Of a stretch of 63,884 bases of DNA, positions 36,508-48,670 are shown one piece after another (positions within the stretch are counted from its first letter, which is position 1; every line of letters begins with the position of its first letter). The position numbers were made by a program, and so were the translations under genes. Under the pieces are notes generated by a model. That model was given only the letters and a program-made list of their open reading frames with translations, was not told the origin of the DNA and did no database searches. The stretch lies in assembly GCA_037135275.1 (NCBI GenBank), contig JBAXKQ010000002.1, positions 1 to 63,884 on the forward strand, given 5' to 3'. This stretch comes from a bacterium. Lineage in GTDB: Bacteria > Verrucomicrobiota > Kiritimatiellia > SPBP01.

Positions 36508-38250
36508 ATGAGCGCATCTGTGAAACGCCTCTTTGCGGGAACTGCCTGTGTGGCCTTGCTTGGAATCGGCCTGTTCCTGCTGTGGAGGATCCGGGCTCGG
36601 GTGGAACCCGGTGAAGAGGTCACGCCCTGGGGCGGGCAGGCCGAGACGCCAGCAAGGGAGATGCAGTCGGAGGTCATTTCGACATCGGTTGTGAGGTATG
36701 TGGCCGGCAGCGAGGCGTGGAGGGAGCACCCCGCGCCAGTTGCGCTACCGGCACCGTCAGCGCCTCCGCAACCGCGCACTAAGGCGCTGGTTGAGAAGAT
36801 TGTAAACGGTTCCAATTCTGTGCCCGGTGAATGGATCCTCCGGTTCAAGGACAGGGAGGCGATGCAGGAATTTCTCGGCAGTGACGGTCCGCACAGGGGC
36901 CGGGTGGCCGATGTCCTCCTGTCCCTCAACAGTGTTCGCATCGTTGACATGTCCGCAGAGGAGGTTTCGCGGCTTGAGCGGGAAACGCCTGGCGCCTTCG
37001 AATACTCCCCGAACCTGCGTGTGGAGCAGCCACGGGCCCCGGGGAAGTGGTCGGTGACACCGGACAGTGGCGTGCCCGGCGCCGGGTTTGGTCCGCAGAC
37101 ACTCGCCTGGCTGGGCATTGCCGGTGACCATAGGAAGTGGGGTGAGGGTGTGTCGATTGCCGTCCTTGATGTTGGGGTGGGCAGTTGCCCGAGCCTGGAA
37201 GGAGCCGGCGTGGTAAGGGTTGATATGACCGGAGAAACGCAGTCCGGCGCCCGGACAGCCAACTCGCATGGAACTGCGGTCGCAGCCATACTGTCAGGCG
37301 GCATCCCCGGCAGGGAGGGCGTGGCGCCGTCGGCGCAGCTCATCAGCGTAAAGGTGCTGGGCGACAACGGCAGCGGCGACAGCTTCACGCTCGCAAAGGG
37401 GATTGAGGAAGCCACCGCGAGGGGGGCGCGCATCATAAATCTCTGCCTTGGGAGCCGTGGCGATTGCCCCCTTGTCCGACAGGCTGTGGAGCGCGCGATT
37501 GCCGCTGGAGCAATAGTCGTCGCGGCCGTCGGCAACGACTCGACGGATGGGGTTTCGTATCCGGCCAGGTACGAAGGCGTGATTGGTGTCACGGCTGTGG
37601 ATGCGTCGGGAAAGCGGCTTGCTTTCGCCAACAGCGGGCCGGAGGTGGATATTGCCGCGCCCGGGCTGGATGTGTGGGCAGCGGCTTCGGCAGACACAGC
37701 AATGAGGATGAGCGGCACCTCGGCGGCAGTGCCGCTCGTTTCGGGGGTGCTTGCGTACCTGATCTCCGGGAATCCGGGGTTGACCGCGGCCGAGGTTACT
37801 GACGTTCTGCTCCGGAACAGCAATGACGCCGGTATGCCCGGTCGTGATCGGGAATACGGCTGCGGAATCCTGAACGCCGGCCGCATACTTGACCGTGGAA
37901 CCAGTGGTATTCATGACGCCGCCATTGCGGATAACTGCATTGATGCCGCTTCGGCCGGCGACGGGCAGCTGACCCTTGTCGTCTCGGTGCAGAACCGCGG
38001 CACGGAAGCTCTTCAGGGCGCGGACCTGCGCGTCATGATTGGCGAGTTCAGCAACGCCGTACGCCTCACGGATATCGGCGTGGGCGAGACGGCGGGTTGC
38101 CGTTTCCTGGTGCGCCTGCCGGGAGATGGTCCCACCAACGTGCTGCGGGTGGCGTCGGACGTTTCCATCAGCGGTGCCACGGATGACAACCCCCTGAACA
38201 ATGCCAGGACGACCGTCTTCACGATCAGCGGGCCGGCCGGCCAACGGTAG
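36508..38250 (+). CDS. Secreted subtilisin-like serine protease (peptidase S8)
   Basis: Catalytic triad contexts VSIAVLDVGV (Asp), NSHGTAVAAILSG (His) and MSGTSAAVPLVSGVLAYL (Ser). N-terminal TM/signal is LFAGTACVALLGIGLFLLW. Confidence 0.85.
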   Translation: MSASVKRLFAGTACVALLGIGLFLLWRIRARVEPGEEVTPWGGQAETPAREMQSEVISTSVVRYVAGSEAWREHPAPVALPAPSAPPQPRTKALVEKIVNGSNSVPGEWILRFKDREAMQEFLGSDGPHRGRVADVLLSLNSVRIVDMSAEEVSRLERETPGAFEYSPNLRVEQPRAPGKWSVTPDSGVPGAGFGPQTLAWLGIAGDHRKWGEGVSIAVLDVGVGSCPSLEGAGVVRVDMTGETQSGARTANSHGTAVAAILSGGIPGREGVAPSAQLISVKVLGDNGSGDSFTLAKGIEEATARGARIINLCLGSRGDCPLVRQAVERAIAAGAIVVAAVGNDSTDGVSYPARYEGVIGVTAVDASGKRLAFANSGPEVDIAAPGLDVWAAASADTAMRMSGTSAAVPLVSGVLAYLISGNPGLTAAEVTDVLLRNSNDAGMPGRDREYGCGILNAGRILDRGTSGIHDAAIADNCIDAASAGDGQLTLVVSVQNRGTEALQGADLRVMIGEFSNAVRLTDIGVGETAGCRFLVRLPGDGPTNVLRVASDVSISGATDDNPLNNARTTVFTISGPAGQR

Positions 38251-38282
38251 CATTCTCAGCACCGGCCGGCGCGCACGGCGGG

Positions 38283-38921
38283 TCAGCGTTGGGGGCGTGG
38301 ATCAAGGGCCTTCTGCAAGTGCGGCCAGTATGAGCGGGTGTAGACATACACTGAGAAGAAATTGATTATGAGCGCAACAGCCTCAAGCACGTACATCAAT
38401 TCCACCGGCAGGTACTTGACCTCTGCTCCCTCGTGGATATAGATGATGCAGATGATCGGGAAGTTCAGCGCGGTCCGGAGTTTACCCACCCAGTTGGCGC
38501 CCAGGTTCACGTTTTCGCACGACGCGCCAACGGCCCTGAGAAAACTGACCCACTGGTCGCGAAGCAGCAGCGAGACGGTCAGGCAGAGCAGCACGATGGC
38601 GTGTGTCGTGTGGGTGTTCTTTGTTGCCAGGAACACGAGGAGCGGAAGGGTGGCCAGGTAGAATACCTTGTCGCTGAGCGGGTCCGCGCAGGCGCCGAGC
38701 TTGGTGGTCACGCCGAGTCTCCTCGCCAGGTAGCCATCGACCAGGTCGCTCAGCGCCGCTGCAATGAGACAGGTGAGGGCGGCGGGAAACAGCCAGGAAT
38801 GGCACCTGCCGGTGATTGAGTCCGCAATGGCCCCGGCAAAGAAGAGGAATACCAGGGGTATCCTCACGCAGGTAAGGAAGGTCACGAGGTAGAATCTGTG
38901 ATACATATTCATGGATAACAT
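38283..38921 (-). CDS. CDP-alcohol phosphatidyltransferase family protein (PgsA-like)
   Basis: Motif DLVDGYLARRLGVTTKLGACADPLSD = D-x2-DG-x2-AR-x8-G-x3-D-x3-D. Polytopic membrane protein. Confidence 0.8.
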   Translation of the reverse strand: MLSMNMYHRFYLVTFLTCVRIPLVFLFFAGAIADSITGRCHSWLFPAALTCLIAAALSDLVDGYLARRLGVTTKLGACADPLSDKVFYLATLPLLVFLATKNTHTTHAIVLLCLTVSLLLRDQWVSFLRAVGASCENVNLGANWVGKLRTALNFPIICIIYIHEGAEVKYLPVELMYVLEAVALIINFFSVYVYTRSYWPHLQKALDPRPQR

Positions 38922-38968
38922 TGCTTCCGGGGATGATACTCCCCGGCCCCGGCCGGGTCGGGTTCAGG

Positions 38969-40360
38969 CTATCTGCCGTATCCCAGTTCCACTCTCTTGG
39001 CGACATCCTTGTAGGCTATATCAACCTGGTATATCTCCTTGAAAAACACCAGTGCGCCAGGGTGATCGTCCATAGCCTCCTTGATCAGCCCCATCTCGTA
39101 GTAGACGTCCTTCTTGGCGCTGTCCATGGAAATCAGCTCGGACGCTGCCTTTTCGAACTGGTCGAGGGCAAGGTCGAATTGTCTCTTGGCCTTGAAACTA
39201 AGCCCGAGGTAGTAGAGTGACTTGATGTGCCAGCGCGGGTTCCTGTGCGACAGCTGGAACTGCTGGATCGCCTCGTTGAACATGTCGCGGTCGTAGAGAA
39301 CGACTCCCAGCTCGTAACGCAGTGCCAGGTCGTTGGGATACTTCGAAACGCGTTGCTGGACGTCGTCGAAGTAGAACTGGTTCCGTTGGTCGCGTAGCGA
39401 GTCGGCGGCCTGGCGGCCTCCTGCGGCACTGAGCTCCGCTATCTGGTGATCGAATTTCTTGAGCATGGTGGCACTGATGCCTGCGTCGATCTCGGGATCT
39501 GCACTGCCCCTGATGTCCTGGGCCTGCTTGAGGGTGTCCACAGCTTCGTCGAACATCTTCTGTGTCACGTAGAGGTTCGCGAGGGCGCGGCGATAGTTGA
39601 CGTTCCCAGGGTCGCGATGGATCTTTGCCTTTGCGTCCTCAATCAGCGCTTCGGTGTCGGATATGCTGCGTACAGCCTTCGACTCCTTCTCGATGATTGC
39701 CGCCTCGCGCGTATCTTTCCGGACCGTCTGGTACCCGGAGGCATCGGCGGCGGCGTCCTCCCACCCGTCCTTGGTCAGGCTCTGAAGGGCCATCGAGTTC
39801 TTCAATTCCCTGAGGGCGGCCCCGTCAGCCGGCCGCAACCGGACTACCATCTCAAAGCATTCGCGCGCCTCTGCCGGCTTCTTGACCTCGAGACAGAGAT
39901 GGCCCAGCCTGGTCAGCAGGGTGACATTGGTCGGGAAGAACTCCTTGGCGGCAGTCAACGTCTGCACGGCCAGTTCAGGCATTCCAGCGGCCTCGGCCGC
40001 GCGGCAGTACATCGAGATGAACGTGAGATTGAGAGGCGCGTCGCGCAGGATCATTTCGAGTGTTCTCAGCGCTTTCATCGGGGCCCCGCGCTCTATGTCG
40101 ATAAAGGCCCTCAAGACGAAGGGGAATCCCGCAACCGTTGTCAGGAGGTCGGTGAGTTTGCCCGTCTTGCCGGCCTTGTATTTCCTTATCTCCACCATAT
40201 AGAGGAACTTGCGGACGTCGACAAGCGTGGGTTCCTTGTCGAGGCACGAGGTAAACGCGGCGATGGCATAGTCGTAATTGCCTCGCTCCATCGCGCCCAT
40301 GCCCTTGAGAAACAGGTCGCGAATATCCTGCGAAACAGCGTCAAGTGTGGTGACTGCCAT
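38969..40360 (-). CDS. Tetratricopeptide (TPR) repeat protein
   Basis: Repeated 34-aa TPR-like units (e.g. GNYDYAIAAFTSCLDKEP, ALANLYVTQKMFDEAVDTLKQA, LGVVLYDRDMFNEAIQQFQ). ATG 40360 is preferred over the longer ORF. Confidence 0.75.
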   Translation of the reverse strand: MAVTTLDAVSQDIRDLFLKGMGAMERGNYDYAIAAFTSCLDKEPTLVDVRKFLYMVEIRKYKAGKTGKLTDLLTTVAGFPFVLRAFIDIERGAPMKALRTLEMILRDAPLNLTFISMYCRAAEAAGMPELAVQTLTAAKEFFPTNVTLLTRLGHLCLEVKKPAEARECFEMVVRLRPADGAALRELKNSMALQSLTKDGWEDAAADASGYQTVRKDTREAAIIEKESKAVRSISDTEALIEDAKAKIHRDPGNVNYRRALANLYVTQKMFDEAVDTLKQAQDIRGSADPEIDAGISATMLKKFDHQIAELSAAGGRQAADSLRDQRNQFYFDDVQQRVSKYPNDLALRYELGVVLYDRDMFNEAIQQFQLSHRNPRWHIKSLYYLGLSFKAKRQFDLALDQFEKAASELISMDSAKKDVYYEMGLIKEAMDDHPGALVFFKEIYQVDIAYKDVAKRVELGYGR

Positions 40361-40437
40361 GCAAAAAACCTCGCCAATGCCCTTTAGAATCGGACGCAAG
40401 AGGGTACAAAGTCGCATACCACCATGTCAATGGCAAG

Positions 40438-40596
40438 TTATCGCGAGTCCGGGCCTTCGCCGCCCGGTTGACGGCCCCGCGAATCAGGTGCTGGATTCTT
40501 GGGCTTGAGCTTGTTGGCGACGAAACTCACCACAGCGTAGCCGGCAATGAATGCGACGACTATGACTCCAACCAGAAGCAGGTCACCGTTGTTCAT
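40438..40596 (-). CDS. Small single-TM protein (52 aa), not in the supplied ORF track
   Basis: Hand translation gives MNNGDLLLVGVIVVAFIAGYAVVSFVANKLKPKNPAPDSRGRQPGGEGPDSR. The ATG overlaps the upstream stop (ATGA). Confidence 0.4.
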   Translation of the reverse strand: MNNGDLLLVGVIVVAFIAGYAVVSFVANKLKPKNPAPDSRGRQPGGEGPDSR

Positions 40597-41759
40597 GCGC
40601 TCTCCTTTTTGTCAGGCCCGGATACCGGCCGGCGTTGCACACCGGGGCAGTCCGGACACTCGCCGGCGGCGGTGTTGAACTGGCAGAGGCATCGCGGACA
40701 ATAACCCGTTGAGACCCCGTCCCAGACAGGCTGCTGCCGGCACTCCCCTGAAGCACGGGCGCAGCCGGTTTCCAGGAAGCCAGTGATGGCAGCCAGTTCC
40801 GCCCTGGCGAACCAGGATGCCACTTCAAGGGTCTGTGCGTCACTCCTGTCCCAGCGCAGCGGGTGCTGCAGGTCGCGGACAACAGGACAGCAGAATCCAT
40901 GCGATTCATCACCCAGGAGCATGCGGGCGGTCAGGACGGGGTGGAAGTCCTGCATGGCCTCGAGTGAGACGAGGTCACATGCCCGGATCGCCACCGGCGG
41001 ACACAGTATCATCTGGATAACGGTCATGATTCTCTCGCCGCGCCTCGCGGGGTGGAGGATGCGATGTGCGCGGTAGTACTGAACCGCCACTGCCGCCGCC
41101 GCGGCCCACATGACCACGGCAACAGGCAGGATGACCCGTCCGAGCGGGAATAGACACGCCGTGAGCGGTACCGCAACGTACAGAAAGAGGAAGAAGACGA
41201 TACAGGTCCGCCGAACCCATGCTGTCACCCGGCCGGTCAATTCGAGCCGCGCGGCCGCGTCAGCCTTTGAAAATGAGCGGCGGATGAAGCCGGTTATGAT
41301 CTTTTCCCTTCCTGCCGCCGGCGACCCGCCGGCGTGTTTCACAAGTTCAGCAAGCGCCCTGGCCTGGTCGGCGGACCCGCACCTTGCAAAGCGGTCGCCG
41401 TTGATCAGGAGCCACCTGTCGTCGTGTCCAGCGGTCCGGACCTGATCGAAGGGCAGGGTGCGGCAGGACTGGTCGACCAGTGACGGCGTGCCGACTGTCC
41501 TGAGGTTTGTGTTGCTGACGCCGGCCGGAGATATCGAAACAGGGATCCAGAAACCGGCAAAGACCCGGCCAAGAGGCGGCAGAGGATTCAGGAATGCGAG
41601 GCCGCCGTTGTCGTTGCCGGCGAGGCGGCTCCCGGACTTCGTGCGCCAGCGGCGGCACCACGGCGAAACAAACAGGACTGATCTTTTCCTGACCCACAAG
41701 AGGCAGTCGAACGAATACAGGAGCGCCAGGATCAGGAAGAGCAGACTTCCTTCGCTCAT
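40593..41759 (-). CDS. Multi-pass membrane protein with C-terminal zinc-ribbon (388 aa), function unknown
   Basis: Starts MSEGSLLFLILALLYSF at 41759 (ATGA overlap with the upstream gene). Hydrophobic helices CIVFFLFLYVAVPLTACLF and VILPVAVVMWAAAAAVAV. C-terminal GYCPRCLCQFNTAAGECPDCPG. Confidence 0.6.
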   Translation of the reverse strand: MSEGSLLFLILALLYSFDCLLWVRKRSVLFVSPWCRRWRTKSGSRLAGNDNGGLAFLNPLPPLGRVFAGFWIPVSISPAGVSNTNLRTVGTPSLVDQSCRTLPFDQVRTAGHDDRWLLINGDRFARCGSADQARALAELVKHAGGSPAAGREKIITGFIRRSFSKADAAARLELTGRVTAWVRRTCIVFFLFLYVAVPLTACLFPLGRVILPVAVVMWAAAAAVAVQYYRAHRILHPARRGERIMTVIQMILCPPVAIRACDLVSLEAMQDFHPVLTARMLLGDESHGFCCPVVRDLQHPLRWDRSDAQTLEVASWFARAELAAITGFLETGCARASGECRQQPVWDGVSTGYCPRCLCQFNTAAGECPDCPGVQRRPVSGPDKKESA

Positions 41760-42607
41760 TGTTTCGATTCCGGCGATCGCCTGCGGGAGGTCAGTCGCGA
41801 GTAGACGCTCCTGGCCATGCCTGCGATGGCGATGGCGCCCACCACGAGAATCTTCCATAGCCACTTGAACAGGCCGGCCTTTGCCGCCACGGCCGCGGCT
41901 CCGCCGACAACAAGGGCGGACAACCCGTACTTGGCGATCTTGTCGCCCTCCCGCCACTCGGCGTATTTCTTTCCCTGCTTGAAGTCATACCCGGCGAGGA
42001 CGTCCTTGAACTTGGGCAGTGTCAGCGAATATGTTGCGGGATCGGCGACAAGCGTCACGCGCATCACGCCGCCGCGTCCGAGAAGCCGTGTGTTGTAGTT
42101 GACGATCTGCTGGCCCTCGCTTTCCGCCTTTATGGCCCATTCGAGGTTATGGGTGGTCTCGTTGTAGCGGGGGGCCTGCTCCCAGCCGAGGATATTCATT
42201 GTCGCCCAGCCGCGCCGCTGGCGTTCCTTGTTGCTGGCTTCCGTGCCATTCTTTATCGACTCCAGCATGGCGGCTGCATCGAGCGAGCCCTTCTCGTCGT
42301 CGCGCACATACCCGACATCCTCATATTCAAACACCACAAACCACTCAAGGCCCTCGGGGGCCACGAATCCCATCTCCTGCCTGCTGACGGGGTTGTGCAT
42401 GGCCTCCATCAGGACCTGCGTATCCTCGGCGCCGGCGAACACAAAACCGGCAGGCACCCGGATCTCCGCGAGTCCGTTCAAATCACCGACAGACGGGCCC
42501 GGCTGCCATTTCACTTTCTCCACCGGGTTGGGTGCCTGTGTCTGGCCGTTGGTTGCGATAGCGAAGATACACATTGCACCGAGAACGGCTGCTGCGCGAA
42601 TCGTCAT
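41756..42607 (-). CDS. DUF2167-like membrane-anchored exported protein
   Basis: ATG 42607 is preceded by AAGGGAGA. Signal MTIRAAAVLGAMCIFAIATNG, ...LGWEQAPRYNETTHNLEWA...NYNTRLLGRGGVM..., and a C-terminal TM pair. The family assignment is from memory. Confidence 0.55.
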   Translation of the reverse strand: MTIRAAAVLGAMCIFAIATNGQTQAPNPVEKVKWQPGPSVGDLNGLAEIRVPAGFVFAGAEDTQVLMEAMHNPVSRQEMGFVAPEGLEWFVVFEYEDVGYVRDDEKGSLDAAAMLESIKNGTEASNKERQRRGWATMNILGWEQAPRYNETTHNLEWAIKAESEGQQIVNYNTRLLGRGGVMRVTLVADPATYSLTLPKFKDVLAGYDFKQGKKYAEWREGDKIAKYGLSALVVGGAAAVAAKAGLFKWLWKILVVGAIAIAGMARSVYSRLTSRRRSPESKQ

Positions 42608-42767
42608 TCTTGATTCTCCCTTTTCTGTCGGATGCGAGTGATCAGGAGTTGCGTGTGCATACCCCGATCCTTCCGCAGCGTAGCAGCACGCGGCGGGAAG
42701 TTGAAGGTGAAATTGCGGATCGTCTGCGCTGCTGCCGGGCCGGGACAGGTCCGGCGTTCCGCGGCGC

Positions 42768-43820
42768 TCACGGCTTCGCCGGTGAGGCGCCCGATTCCTC
42801 ATGCGCCCGGAGCAGCTCCCTGTAGAATTCCCCGGCTGAGCGCCACCGGTGCTCCCGGTTCTTCTCAAGAGCCCTGCAGATCACGTCGGAAACATTCCCC
42901 GGCAGCGAGAGAATCTGTCCCGGCCGCGCCGCGAGCATTGTCTCGATATCGGCGTCCACCGGCACTGGCGGGTTGCCCGAAACCAGCTCATAGGCAATTG
43001 CGCCAAGGGAGTAAACGTCGGTCCGGGCATCGAGCGGCTCACCGCGTAACTGTTCCGGGCTCATGTACGGGGGGCTGCCCTCGACAATGGTCCTGCCGGC
43101 AGCCTGGATGGTGTCGATGCGGTGAGCCGTTCCGAAGTCCACTATCTTGAGGGTTGACTCGGTGGTGAGCATCAGGTTCTCGGGCTTCAAATCCATGTGG
43201 ATGACCCCGCGGGAGTGGGCGTAGTCGAGCGCCTTTGCGCACGCCTTGACCACCTGCATCACCGGCACCAGGGGCAGGACGCTGTGGCTGCTGAGGATGC
43301 GCCGGAAATCGCGGCCGTCGACAAACTCCATGACGAGGAATACGCGGTTGCGGTCCATCTCGAGGTTGTGGAGCTTCACAATGTTCTCGTGGGAGAGCTG
43401 CAGCGCGATGCCGGCCTCGTGTTTGAAGCGAGCCATTGTGGGGCGGTCGCGCGTGACGCGTTCGGGCAGGACCTTGATCGCGACCGCCAGACCCAGCATG
43501 CGATCCTCAGCCTTGTAGACAGTGCCGCCGCCGCCCTTGCTGATCAGTTCGAGCAGTTTGTAGCGGGTGCTGAAGAATGTTGCCGGGGTTACCGCCTCGG
43601 GCGTCTTCTGGGCTGCCGGCCTGGGCCTTGCATGCGGCATGGTTGCGTGGGCTGGTTTCGGTCGCGTGCCAGGTGTCATCTTCCGCAGCAGCGGGGCGGC
43701 AGCGGCGGGCCCGGGCTTGTGCTTGTGGGCATCTCCGGTCGCATGTTTCTTTGAAACAATCTTCATGACCTTTGGCCCGCCGTTCTGTTGTCCGGTGGGT
43801 CGTCTCAGTGGAAACGGCAT
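42768..43820 (-). CDS. Hanks-type serine/threonine protein kinase
   Basis: GGGGTVYKAEDRMLGLAVAIKVL (G-loop, VAIK Lys), HMDLKPENLML, DFGTA and PPYMSPEQ. Confidence 0.85.
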   Translation of the reverse strand: MPFPLRRPTGQQNGGPKVMKIVSKKHATGDAHKHKPGPAAAAPLLRKMTPGTRPKPAHATMPHARPRPAAQKTPEAVTPATFFSTRYKLLELISKGGGGTVYKAEDRMLGLAVAIKVLPERVTRDRPTMARFKHEAGIALQLSHENIVKLHNLEMDRNRVFLVMEFVDGRDFRRILSSHSVLPLVPVMQVVKACAKALDYAHSRGVIHMDLKPENLMLTTESTLKIVDFGTAHRIDTIQAAGRTIVEGSPPYMSPEQLRGEPLDARTDVYSLGAIAYELVSGNPPVPVDADIETMLAARPGQILSLPGNVSDVICRALEKNREHRWRSAGEFYRELLRAHEESGASPAKP

Positions 43821-43965
43821 AAGTGTTTCTCTTCCCCTGCTGATTTAGGCAAGCGGGCAAACATACACAGTCATCCTGGTTGATGGAAGAGTGAAAAGCG
43901 CCACACCCGGTTGCCGACCCCGGTTTGAGTCGCGCTGTGTGCCGATGCGCAGGCCCCGGTGCCGG

Positions 43966-46314
<2,349 letters not shown>

Positions 46315-46579
46315 TTGCGCATTCTCCGTTGTTTGGCGTCTCGCACGGATCATTCAAGACGGAGGCTGGATCATAGATGCGCGGGGCCGGCAGGTGAAGC
46401 AGGAAATGGGGCATCCCGGCCAGATTCTCGCGGCAGCGGACCGTCGGCCAGAAGCCGGGCGCTTTGCGCCAGGCGTGGGTTTTATGAGGTTGGATTCAGG
46501 ACCGGCCATTGCTTTTGACTTTCGGGAGCCGGCAGCCTATCTTCACGGGCTTGCACAAGGTCCCGCAACTGGGAGAACG

Positions 46580-47797
46580 ATGTCCACCTGGAAAGATAAA
46601 GTAGAAGTAAAGACAGGCCGCATTGCCCTGGTATATCCCAAGGCGATAGGCGATCTCGTGTTTCTCATTCCGGCGCTCCATTCACTCAGGAAGGGGCTGC
46701 CGGAGGCACATCTCACGCTCGTGGTGAAGGACAAGCAGGAACCACTTGCCAAAGGTTTCAAGGGCAGGATCTGTGATGAGGTCCTGTCGATAGGCGCTGG
46801 TACCGGCATTGCGGAAGTCAGGCGGCGGCTGGTGGAAGACGGGACCGACCTCTTCCTTGATCTCGCTGGCAATGACAAATCGGGCATGATCCTGGCATTC
46901 CAGAAGGGGGGGAGCCGGCTCAGGCCGGACAAGACGGATTGCCGTGGCATGTCGGCGCTCTACTCCGCCTTTGCAGACAGCCTCCAGCCGTCGGCCAGGC
47001 ATCTGCACAGGGTTGATCAGCTCATGGGGTGGGTGCAGGAGATCTCCCAGTGCGAGCCGGTGTATTCGTTCCAGATGTATCTGGACAGCGAAGCGGTTGA
47101 GCACGCCGAGAGGATCATTGCCAGGCATTCCCTGAGGGAAGGCAAAGTTGTTGTCCTGAATGTCGGCGCCAGCAGGAACACGAAGCGATGGCCTGCCAGC
47201 CATTTCCAAACCCTTGCCGCCGAATTGAGGAAAGAGGGTTGCAGGGTGGTGTTCACCGGGGCAAACGAGTTCAGCAGCGACGGGCACTACGACCGGCAGA
47301 TCTCGGATGAATTGCGTGGGAAGCGGGTGTTTGACGGTGAAGCGTGCATTGACCTCATAACTGACGAGGATATCACTCCAGGCATCCAGCTCCAGCGCGA
47401 TGCGCATTTCCTCAGGTATTCGGGAGTGCCCGCTGTTGTTGTCGGCTGCGATACCGGACCGATGCAGATTGCCGGCTCCGTGGGATCCGATGCCCATCAG
47501 ACGACTATTTCGCTCTTCGGCCCCACAAGCTGGCGCAGGTATGCGCCTTACGACCCGTCGAGGGTTTACCCCGGCAGGACGAGGGGGGCGTACAACTGGG
47601 TGCTCACGGCCGGCGATGTGGTGTGCCGTCCCGCGGGGATTGAAGAGTCGTGCGGGAAATACCGGGCTGGCTGCAAGAGCAGCGAGTGCATGGCGAAGAT
47701 AATGCCCGAGACTGTGTTGAAGGCCACACTCGACACGGTCTTTAAGTGTGGCACCATATCCGGAGAGGTGATGAATGATGGCAAAAGGGCTTCTTGA
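46580..47797 (+). CDS. Glycosyltransferase family 9 (heptosyltransferase-like)
   Basis: ATG 46580 after GGGAGA. RIALVYPKAIGDLVFLIPALHSLRKGLPEAHLTLVV and VVLNVGASRNTKRWP are typical GT9 motifs. The longer listed ORF overlaps tex. Confidence 0.7.
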   Translation: MSTWKDKVEVKTGRIALVYPKAIGDLVFLIPALHSLRKGLPEAHLTLVVKDKQEPLAKGFKGRICDEVLSIGAGTGIAEVRRRLVEDGTDLFLDLAGNDKSGMILAFQKGGSRLRPDKTDCRGMSALYSAFADSLQPSARHLHRVDQLMGWVQEISQCEPVYSFQMYLDSEAVEHAERIIARHSLREGKVVVLNVGASRNTKRWPASHFQTLAAELRKEGCRVVFTGANEFSSDGHYDRQISDELRGKRVFDGEACIDLITDEDITPGIQLQRDAHFLRYSGVPAVVVGCDTGPMQIAGSVGSDAHQTTISLFGPTSWRRYAPYDPSRVYPGRTRGAYNWVLTAGDVVCRPAGIEESCGKYRAGCKSSECMAKIMPETVLKATLDTVFKCGTISGEVMNDGKRAS

Positions 47798-48620
47798 GGT
47801 CTTCTACAGGCTTGCGGCCACCGGGTGGGTTCCGCGCTCCTTCTTTGCGCCGGCTCTGCCGGCCGTCGCGAGGAACAAGACGGTGTCGGATCCCGGGCGA
47901 CCGCTCAGCCTGGAGATTGTGAGTCACTGCTGGCGCTATGCCCATATGCTCACCTACCAGATCAGCTCCCTGATCATCCATCCGCCACGGCAGGTGCAAG
48001 TCAGGCTGACGGTCTACTATTCACGCGAGGACATTGAGACTGTGCGTCTGCTCGAGTGGGCGGGCAGCCAGAAAGTTCCCTCGGTCACCTGGAACTGGGT
48101 GGATCTTGAGAAGACGCACCTCTTCCGGCGGTGCATCGGGAGAAATATGGCGGCACGCGCCACCGAGGCCGATTGGATATGGTTTACCGATTGTGACGTG
48201 GTGTTCCATGACGGTGGTGTGGACAATGCCGGGAAGGTCCTGCGCGGCCGCGATGACTTTCTTGTCTTCCCGGGGGAGACGAGGGTGACTGGCCTGTTGA
48301 AGGACGATGACCCCATGTTCGAAACGGCCCGGCAGTGCCTCGCCACCGGGCAATTGCGGCTCCTGGATATCGATCCGGCCCGTTTTGTGCCCGAATTCAG
48401 GGACCGGGCGATAGGGCCGTTCCAGATCGTGCGCGGTGACGTTGCCAGGGCCGGTGGGTACTGCGGCACAATTGGCTTCTACCAGCGCCCGCTCCCGCGG
48501 TGGCAAAAGGCATATGAAGACCGGACTTTCAGGTGGCTTCTTGGCACGCAGGGCACGTCCACCAGCATCCCGGGCCTCTACCGCATAAGGCACCATGCGA
48601 AGGGGCGCAAGACCGGATAG
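47775..48620 (+). CDS. Putative GT-A-fold glycosyltransferase (uncharacterised)
   Basis: 281-aa ORF overlapping the GT9 stop by 23 nt. WIWFTDCDVVF is a DxD-like motif. No firm family assignment. Confidence 0.4.
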   Translation: MMAKGLLEVFYRLAATGWVPRSFFAPALPAVARNKTVSDPGRPLSLEIVSHCWRYAHMLTYQISSLIIHPPRQVQVRLTVYYSREDIETVRLLEWAGSQKVPSVTWNWVDLEKTHLFRRCIGRNMAARATEADWIWFTDCDVVFHDGGVDNAGKVLRGRDDFLVFPGETRVTGLLKDDDPMFETARQCLATGQLRLLDIDPARFVPEFRDRAIGPFQIVRGDVARAGGYCGTIGFYQRPLPRWQKAYEDRTFRWLLGTQGTSTSIPGLYRIRHHAKGRKTG

Positions 48621-48670
48621 GATGTTTGTTCCCGGCGCGCAATCCGCCACCGGGATCCGGGGCGGTGGCC

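Noticed and set aside
36498-37886. 462-aa minus-strand ORF
   Set aside because: It is antisense to the subtilase gene, which carries a complete Asp/His/Ser triad.
41760-41957. Upstream extension of the 40593-41957 ORF, and the 42608-42868 extension of the DUF2167-like ORF
   Set aside because: The extensions are Arg/Gly-rich, overlap neighbouring genes and lack RBSs. The internal ATGs give ATGA coupling or a good RBS plus a signal peptide.
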